Shown here piece after piece: positions 56,534 to 64,000 of a stretch of 64,000 bases of DNA. Made by a program: the position numbers and the translations under genes. Each line of letters opens with the position of its first letter. Positions within the stretch are counted from its first letter, which is position 1. Source of the DNA: Octopus vulgaris (lineage: Eukaryota); NCBI GenBank assembly GCA_951406725.2, contig OX597832.1:15438001-15502000 (forward strand). Reading direction: 5' to 3'. Under the pieces are notes generated by a model that was not told the DNA's origin, did not search any database, and worked only from the letters and a program-made list of their open reading frames with translations.

Positions 56534-57265
56534 TAGTGTACATTTAAACACAAAAGAAAATTACCCATTCATAGGTAGTTTTTACATGCTAGAAATAGCA
56601 GCCAACATGGCCAAAACCACGATTTAATAGCAGTTTTCGTAGGGATTGAAAAATAGAAACTTTTACCTTGTTATTTATTATCGGTTTTACCATAGTTTCG
56701 AAATTTCTTCAGCAATCAATATTATTCGCCATCCTTTAATAGGTAATTTAGCAAAACAATATTATCGCAAGGCGAATTCTCATCAGTAACCGGCCACAAT
56801 AACTAACTTATAATTCAGAGACAAGAACACGAGTCCCATCATTATATGTTTTAGACTTTCAAAACTCTGCGCGGAGGCGCATTTACAGTCAGCAATAAAT
56901 ACAAAGCTGAGCAGAATCTTCGAGAATGCTAAGAATACATTCATTAGATACATATATAGGGTCGCGAATATTCGTTATAAATATCATCACCAGTGGTCTA
57001 ACATGTATAAATAGTTAATAGACAACATATTCATAGTTTAAAACAGTGTACATTTAAACACAAAAGAAAATTACCCATTAACAGGTAATTTTTACATGTT
57101 AGAAATAGCAGCCATCATGGCCAAAACAACGATTAAATAGCAGTTATCGAATTTACCTTGTTATTTATTATCGGTCATACCATGGTTTCGAAATTTCTTT
57201 ACAAACAATATTATTTGCCATCCATTAATATGTAATATAGCAAAACAATTATCAGTAACCGGCCT
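56528..57265 (-). repeat. Partial tandem repeat (period ~510 bp) carrying hammerhead motifs
   Basis: 56531-56795 is repeated with small deletions at 57041-57264; the array lies between (TA)n and (CA)(TA)n tracts. Confidence 0.9.
56682..56792 (-). ncRNA. Type I hammerhead ribozyme motif with extended stem II
   Basis: CGGUUA-CUGAUGA-GAAUU..GCGAUAAUAUU...AAUAUUGAUUGC..AAUUUC-GAAA-CUAUGG-UA^AAACCG, followed by AAUAAA. Confidence 0.75.
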
Positions 57266-57355
57266 CATAAAGGTAATGAAAGACTTTTCACTAGCTGGTT
57301 AATTCTGCAAAAATTATAGTTGGATTTTAAATATGTAATTATATATCTATTCTGC

Positions 57356-57438
<83 letters not shown>

Positions 57439-57439
<1 letters not shown>

Positions 57440-57998
57440 AAATCAGAAATATTATATTTCTAAATCTCGCAGAGAGATTTATACAGTAGCAGTACAATAT
57501 AGTGATGGTTTGTTGCCAACTTATACAGCAGTCCCAGTAAAGGGAAGATTGCTACTGCTATTTAGCCCCTGGAAACTCCGATTCCAATTGGCTACGTGAC
57601 GCACGATTACTGTGTCCTTATTATTTGAAACAGGGAACATAAGCCCGTTCAGGCAGCAAAGCCAGCATCCATCATTTTATTGTGTTGTTAGTGTATAAAT
57701 CTCTCTGACAGATTTAGAAATGTAATATTTCTAATTTTTAGATCAGTGAATAAGCATCGACAGATAGCAAGCCAAGCCACTCCCGACTGATGAAGAGCAA
57801 TGAATCTGAAACTAGCCTCTGAATGCTGTCTTTGCTGGGTGGAGGTGCTTATCTTCCCTGTTTTAAATCATAAAGACACAGTACAGTTCGCTTGTGTCAC
57901 ATAGCCAACTGGAAACGGTGTTTCCTATGAGTAAACAGTAGTAGGACTCTTCCCTTTACTGGGATTGCCACATTAAGTTGGCAAAAACCATCACTTTA
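57439..57998 (+). mobile_element. Non-coding element with nested inverted repeats and a degenerate hammerhead
   Basis: A (57439-57515) and B (57516-57648) are inverted copies of A' (57663-57738, partial again at 57982-57998) and B' (57847-57981). CTGATGA at 57787, GAAAC at 57808 and GCTGTC at 57825. Confidence 0.7.
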
Positions 57999-58120
57999 TA
58001 TATATATAAATAAATATAATCAATATCAGGCTAGCAAAAAATTCAATAGAAATTTTTTCGCCACCAGCGGTCTACTGAGAAAGAAAAAATAGTTAACAGC
58101 CTATATAACGTACGTTCAAC

Positions 58121-58345
58121 AATAATATTAAGAAACGGCCTTAATAGGCCATTCAAATAACTAAAACGAGCAGCCAAACTCAAACCGCTAAATAGTAGTA
58201 ATTCAGAAATCAAAGGAAAATTATAAATAAGGATACATGTTTTTAATTATCCTTTGATTTCTGAATTACTACTATTTAGCGGTTTGAGTTTGGCTGCTCT
58301 TTTAGTGAGTTGAATGACCTATTAAGGCCATTCCATAATATTATT
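58121..58345. repeat. Long inverted repeat (~103-bp arms, ~20-bp spacer) beside (TA)n
   Basis: gagcagccaaactcaaaccgctaaatagtagtaattcagaaatcaaagga / tcctttgatttctgaattactactatttagcggtttgagtttggctgctc (perfect ~50-bp core). Confidence 0.93.
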
Positions 58346-58365
58346 ATAAATAAATAAATAAATAA

Positions 58366-58423
<58 letters not shown>

Positions 58424-58428
58424 TTATT

Positions 58429-58495
<67 letters not shown>

Positions 58496-59037
58496 ATCTA
58501 ATATTTCTCAGATTCATTATTCTCAATATAGGAAAACGAGGAGAGGCATTTAAACTAATATTAATAATTTCTGTCATTTGGTTGCTGAAATTTATTAAAT
58601 TAATTCTTGAATATCAGAACGTAAAATAATTACCAGATAATAGCAATGCAACGCATTACCAGAAATTTTTGCTATCGCAACGCTACTAAATGAAGAAACA
58701 ATTAATAAAATGATATTTCGTTGTCCAATTCTATTTCGAAAATCAGTTTTCAAATATTAACATGTGTATTTAAATATTATTGTTCATAAAAAAGAGCGAT
58801 TTAACAGGAATTTATTCCATAAAATGTTTCTAATTTTCTGGTAATATAGTATTATTAATTGTAAGGAAGACAAGAATTTGTCTCCTCAAAAATTATGTGC
58901 CACATCGCGAGCTCAGTAACATTACGAGTGTATATTTGGATAGATACGTACGATACACATTAATAATTGGCATGTGCATTATATTTACTGATAACAGGCA
59001 CTGATCGGCACTGCAAGATTTATTTTTTAAGCATAAA

Positions 59038-59365
59038 AACGGAGCACTCCGTCGGTTACGATGACGCGTGTCCCGGCTGATACGACAGACGGGACAGTTT
59101 GCTCGTGAAATTAACGTGCAAGTGGCTGAGAATTCCCCAGACACGTCTACCCTTAACGTAGTTCGCAAGGAGATTCAGCGTGACACAGAGTGTAACGAAT
59201 CTGGCTCTACTAATCCTGGTACTACTCATTTTTGCCAGCTGAGTGGACTGAAGCAACGTGAAATAAAGTGTCTTGCTCAAAGACACAACGTGTCACCGGG
59301 AATCGAACTTACAACCTTACGATCATGAGCCGAATGCCCAAACCACTAAGCCACGAGCCCTCACA
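59038..59365 (-). mobile_element. tRNA-derived CORE-type SINE (family C)
   Basis: Minus strand: gtggcttagtggtt (A box), gttcgattccc (B box), then gttgtgtctttgagcaagacactttatttcacgttgcttcagtccactcagctgg (CORE-like domain). Confidence 0.85.
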
Positions 59366-61699
59366 TAAAAACTCCCACAAAGTATGAAAAATAATATCAA
59401 ACATCCTAATGCACCCATAGGCGCATACTGAGTTACTCATACACACGCACATACACATACCTTGATATGCATAGGTTTAGAAGGGCTGAGTCTTTTGTAC
59501 GTTGGAATCAACCGTGTGTATAAAGTCACAAGTCTATATATTGTGCGTCCATCGCATGCTGGAGACAATTTGGAAATTGAATCAGATCTATTGGCAATTT
59601 CGCATATTATACATCACAATAAGTTTATATAGAAGTTCATAGAAATCTGTAGCGCAAAATATTCATATATACATGACTGATACATTTCCCCATATGTACC
59701 TATCTTACCACATGTCTACATATTTTTGCCTGTTGCTCATGAATTCCTCCCTGAATGTGAATATTCACAAAATGGTCCGTAAATAAGGAGTAAATAAATA
59801 GAGTGGCGGACGTTGCACATCATTTGTACTACTAAACACAAGAAAAACTATAGTTATATAGGTAGGTATACACACGTTCGTGTGAGAGTTGGGTTGGTAT
59901 ACATTTACTAGTGTGCTACTCAAATTACATTGTTGTATAATAACCATTAAGTTTTTCTTGGCTATTTGTTAATGACACGGAACAAATGAATTCTCGAAAG
60001 TGAATGGTACGAAAGAGAATTTAACCTGGCATGTTTCGAACATACGTCTCATCAAGGAACCAGCGACACATTAATTTCCGATTTTGTTCTACCAATTCTC
60101 CACCCGGTAAAATAGCAATGATGATGATGATGATGACGATGATGATAATGATTAGAAAAAGAAGAATACAACCATTACCCTTGATAATCATTATCTATCG
60201 CTTTTTAATTAACATCGATATTATTCACATAATAATGATGACCTAATTTGTTTTTTTCTTTACGAACACGTTTTAATAATTTCCAATGTATAAACAATGG
60301 CCCTGCAAATCGAGGAAAAACTTGTTCTTTCATTTTTGTTTCATTGTTTTCCGCTTCCTTTTCCTTTTCTCCCTTTTTCTTGCCCTTCCTTCATTGTATT
60401 TTACTTTCTGCTTTTTTAAAAAACATTATTACATGTCGCTTCTCAGTATTTTGCAGGATGTTGTACTATAGGAATAGTTATTTTCAATTATACCCTTATT
60501 AGGCATAAACGACACTTTAAACGATATTTGAAACTACCCAAATAAGTGTAGTTTCAGTATATATTCATATCCTAGTGCAACAACTAATCTTCGACAAATT
60601 TTGTTAGGGAATTCAACGTGAATAGATCGATTACAATGTAACCAGCTCATATGTAAATACAGACGTTGATCATCCACGTTTTATGTAGGTTGACAAAAAT
60701 TGTTGTTTTCCCCGTTTTCCTCTTCGTAAAAATTTGAAATATTGTGATAGTGTTGCTAGACGGTTATCATGTCGGAAAACTTTTCTTTCATCCTCAAACT
60801 TTTAGGGGGAAATATCTCTGAAATCGCACTCTTACGTATAGAAGTCCATACACTCGATCCGTAACATAAACAGATCTCGTCTGTTTAAACGAAATATAGG
60901 ATGTTGGGAGACTTCAGCTTCAATACCTTTGATCATATGATCATAACATGATCTGTTTGGTTATGACTGAATTAAAGCTAGACATGAGAGGATGTAGCAC
61001 ATTCATCGGTCACATATCAAAGAAGAAAATATATTGAAATAGTCTTCTTTTAGAAACTTCCATAGTTTCCATTTACAAAGTAAAAGTGAAAAAGGAAATT
61101 TTAAAACTTAAACTTAAATGTCTGCATTTATGGAATATTTATTGAATCGAATACCAGAAATGAATACAAGAAATGCATTATAGTTAATTTCGCTTCTGGT
61201 ATAATTTGTTCAGGTAACAGCATTTGACCCAGAGTGCTGTGACGATGTTGTAGCTATCTAGTTACTTTGCAACGAGAGCAGTGCGACGCTAAAGAGATTG
61301 AGATCACGCAATATTAAGTAGTGTTTTAAAATTCCATCCGGCAATGTTCATTAATTTCCTGCGTCCTATCTTACATTTCACTGGGTTACAGAGGCTACGC
61401 ACACCTGTGCAGAACTTGTTTACGGATATACAGGCATCAGTGTCATACTGCAACGACTGGTCAAGTGACAGATTCTTCGGTGATGCCGCAGTGCACCATT
61501 TCTGCAGGGCACCAGGGCACAGACATATGGACGCACAATTGTACGTTACTCATCAGTTATTCTGTTCTTTGTCGTGTTTTGCTTCTAGTACCACAGGGTG
61601 TTCAAAATCGCCATTCGCCCTTGCAAACTTGATGGGTTTGCTGGTTCAATCGCCGACGAGGTGAGCATGCTGTCATTTCAATTATCTGCATATGACAAC

Positions 61700-63550
61700 A
61701 GCAAAACCTACGGCTCAACAGTTACAGAAGCAGAAAAGAATCGAAGTTGTTGAGGGCTTTGCAATGAGGAAGATCATTGTTGAATTACTGCTGAATTACA
61801 AGATCATGACAATGGGAATATCATTTAGCAAAATGGTGTATGCCGACAACAAATAACCCTCAGAAAGTAAAAGAAGAATCCAATTCTAAGCTGAGAGAGT
61901 TGCAGTGCAAATCCCTCCGCAACGACAAGCTGATAACCGCAAGATAAATCTTTGCAAGTTTAGGCTTGGTGTAATAGTTAAAAATAGGAAAGCGTAATTC
62001 AAATGGTGGAATTCTATTCGCCCGCTGGTCTGAGTTCACCTTATTAATTAAAAACTGTCTTCGAAAATAGAATCCATCAAACTGGTAGTTGATGCACCTT
62101 CGCTCCAAGCATTGACTCGTATTAGATTAGTAAACAGATGAAAACAATGTTTTCGAAACAAGAGCCTTAGGAGCTCCATACTCCTCCATTGACAATCACA
62201 CAATCAAATCAAAGACAGATTTTACTTTCAGGAAGGGAAGAATGAAGTAAGCGAAAAGTAAGTTACATATTCCGCAGCTCAGAGATCCCAGGAGTGGCTG
62301 GATAAGTTTTCAGGAAGATGGGAGGACATAGGGGGAAAGCCCCTCCAACTGCAGGTCCTGATATAGAAAGGGTCATTAAAAAGGCAGGGCAGTTAAATTA
62401 CAGTACAAATTGAAAGAGGGGAAAACTATTGAAAGCTAGAATGATGCTGCAAGATTGTATTAGGAAAGTGAAATCAGAGTGGTGGGAGCTACACCATAAC
62501 AATGATATGAATGTATTTTACTCAGATCATCGAAAGGTATACGGGCCACAGAGATTAGGCACAGTAAACATTATAGCTATTAACAGCAAGACAGTATCCC
62601 AGGAAAAATTGCAGATATATATTTCAGTCACTTTGACAGCCTACTTACTACTCCAGGTGTTTTCAACTCTATCACCCCGAAGAAGGGGAACTAACAGCCA
62701 AACATCTAATCATCAAATAGCAAAGCTATTCTTAAGAAATACAAGAAATGATAAAAGATAAAGCACCAGACAGATACGGAATATCCGCTGAAATCTAGAA
62801 GCATAGGGGTGTTAGGTTTCTCGAATGTCTGTATTACTTTGGCTGACGGAAACGGTTCTACAAGATTGGTAAGATGCAAAAATCGTCCAGATATTCAAAA
62901 CGGTATTGTAGAATGAATTGTGGAAACTACGGAAGAATATCTCTGCTATCAATTGTTTGGAAGATGTTGGCTCGAATACTATTAAACACATCAAATAACT
63001 ATATTTGTTGAAATATGTTGCCTGAGACTGAATTTGTTTTCCGTTGCGGTAGGAGCAATGTGCACATTATATTCTGCCTACGCCAAATTCAGAGAAAAGG
63101 CATTCAGCACAACATGGCCATGTATGAAGTTTACAGACTTAACATTGGAATTCAGTACAGTATGCCGTAATAAACATTGAGTTGTTCTTAAGGAATATGG
63201 ATGTCGTCAGCGATTCATCAACTTTGTCAGGTCGTTGCAAAAATACAGGCATTTGCATTACAATATAGCAATAACTAAAGCGCGTCTGTGGAGAGTTGCT
63301 CCAACACTAAACCCTCAGCATATCGCAGCAGTGCTGGAAGATACCTTTCAGGGAGCCGGAGGGGTGATTTACGTCTAGACACAACATGTTGATAGTGATC
63401 AGTTCAATGTTGCAAATATATAAAGCCAAGACGTAAACTACGAAGTCTCTAGTAGTTTGTTCATACTGATCGGTGACGATTCAGCATTGATGATATGCAT
63501 AACCTCACAAAAAATCGTTGACAAAGCTGCACAACATTTCAGAGACGAAA
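61700..63550 (+). mobile_element. Decayed RTE (BovB-like) LINE, APE plus RT
   Basis: VY(A)PT..KVKEE..NDKLI (APE); IRKVKSEWWE..FYSDHRKVYGP; KAPDRYGISAEI; QDW*DAKIVQIFK; CGNYGRISLLSIVWKMLARILLN; LPETEFVFRCGRS..RQIQ; many stops and frameshifts. Confidence 0.8.
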
Positions 63551-64000
63551 GAAGAAGTAGACTGCTATTCAAAGATACTGCAACAAAGGGATATGAAGGG
63601 GAAAGAAATTCATCCTAATAAATGAAAAATCCATGCAAAACCGACCAGTACAAAGAAACTTATCAAGTCAAACCGGAGCCATGGGGTATCATAATCACAC
63701 TGACTGACTGCATAAAATTTGTTCATCTAGTTTAGTTTCCAGGTATCATAAATCGAAGTTAATCATTGATTTTCTAATTTCGACCTCAGAAATTTATCTG
63801 GATGAGGGTGATTCTCTAACAATTAATTAGTAGGAGAGGTACGGTTATCTTTAAGTAAGTGTACATAAGTTATATCATTTTATATCATCAGCTTGCGGTT
63901 CGATATTTTGATTAGATATCTGAAAAACGATTATCTCGAAAGAAAAATAATTTGTAGAGAACAAATGCTATCCGACTGAATAGGTATATAAATCGTTAAA

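Noticed and set aside
59290-59360. tRNA gene
   Set aside because: A/B boxes run straight into a SINE core, so it is a SINE head rather than a tRNA.

Overview
AT-rich eukaryotic, repeat-dense window with no convincing host protein-coding gene, so probably intronic or intergenic. The microsatellite load ((TA)n, (AAT)n, (GTAT)n) and the SINE types suggest an octopus/cephalopod genome (inference). Most listed ORFs are microsatellite artefacts. Recognisable content: a nearly intact 5'-truncated R4/Dong-type RLE LINE inserted in (TAA)n (46.0-48.8 kb) with older RLE-LINE relics beside it; two Penelope-like elements (32.3-34.7 kb, with ~390-bp inverted terminal repeats and an open RT-thumb/GIY-YIG frame, and a decayed copy at 50.0-51.7 kb); decayed CR1-like and RTE LINEs; Tc1, mariner and DD37D-type transposon relics; a Helitron-like element; and several tRNA-derived SINEs. 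The most striking unannotated signal is about nine type I hammerhead-ribozyme motifs, some intact and some decayed. Several lie in short non-coding units embedded in (TA)n that also form long hairpins, tandem monomers or a tRNA-headed chimera, consistent with a diverse set of non-autonomous retrozyme-like elements dependent on Penelope enzymes. All alignments and folds were done by eye, so boundaries are approximate.
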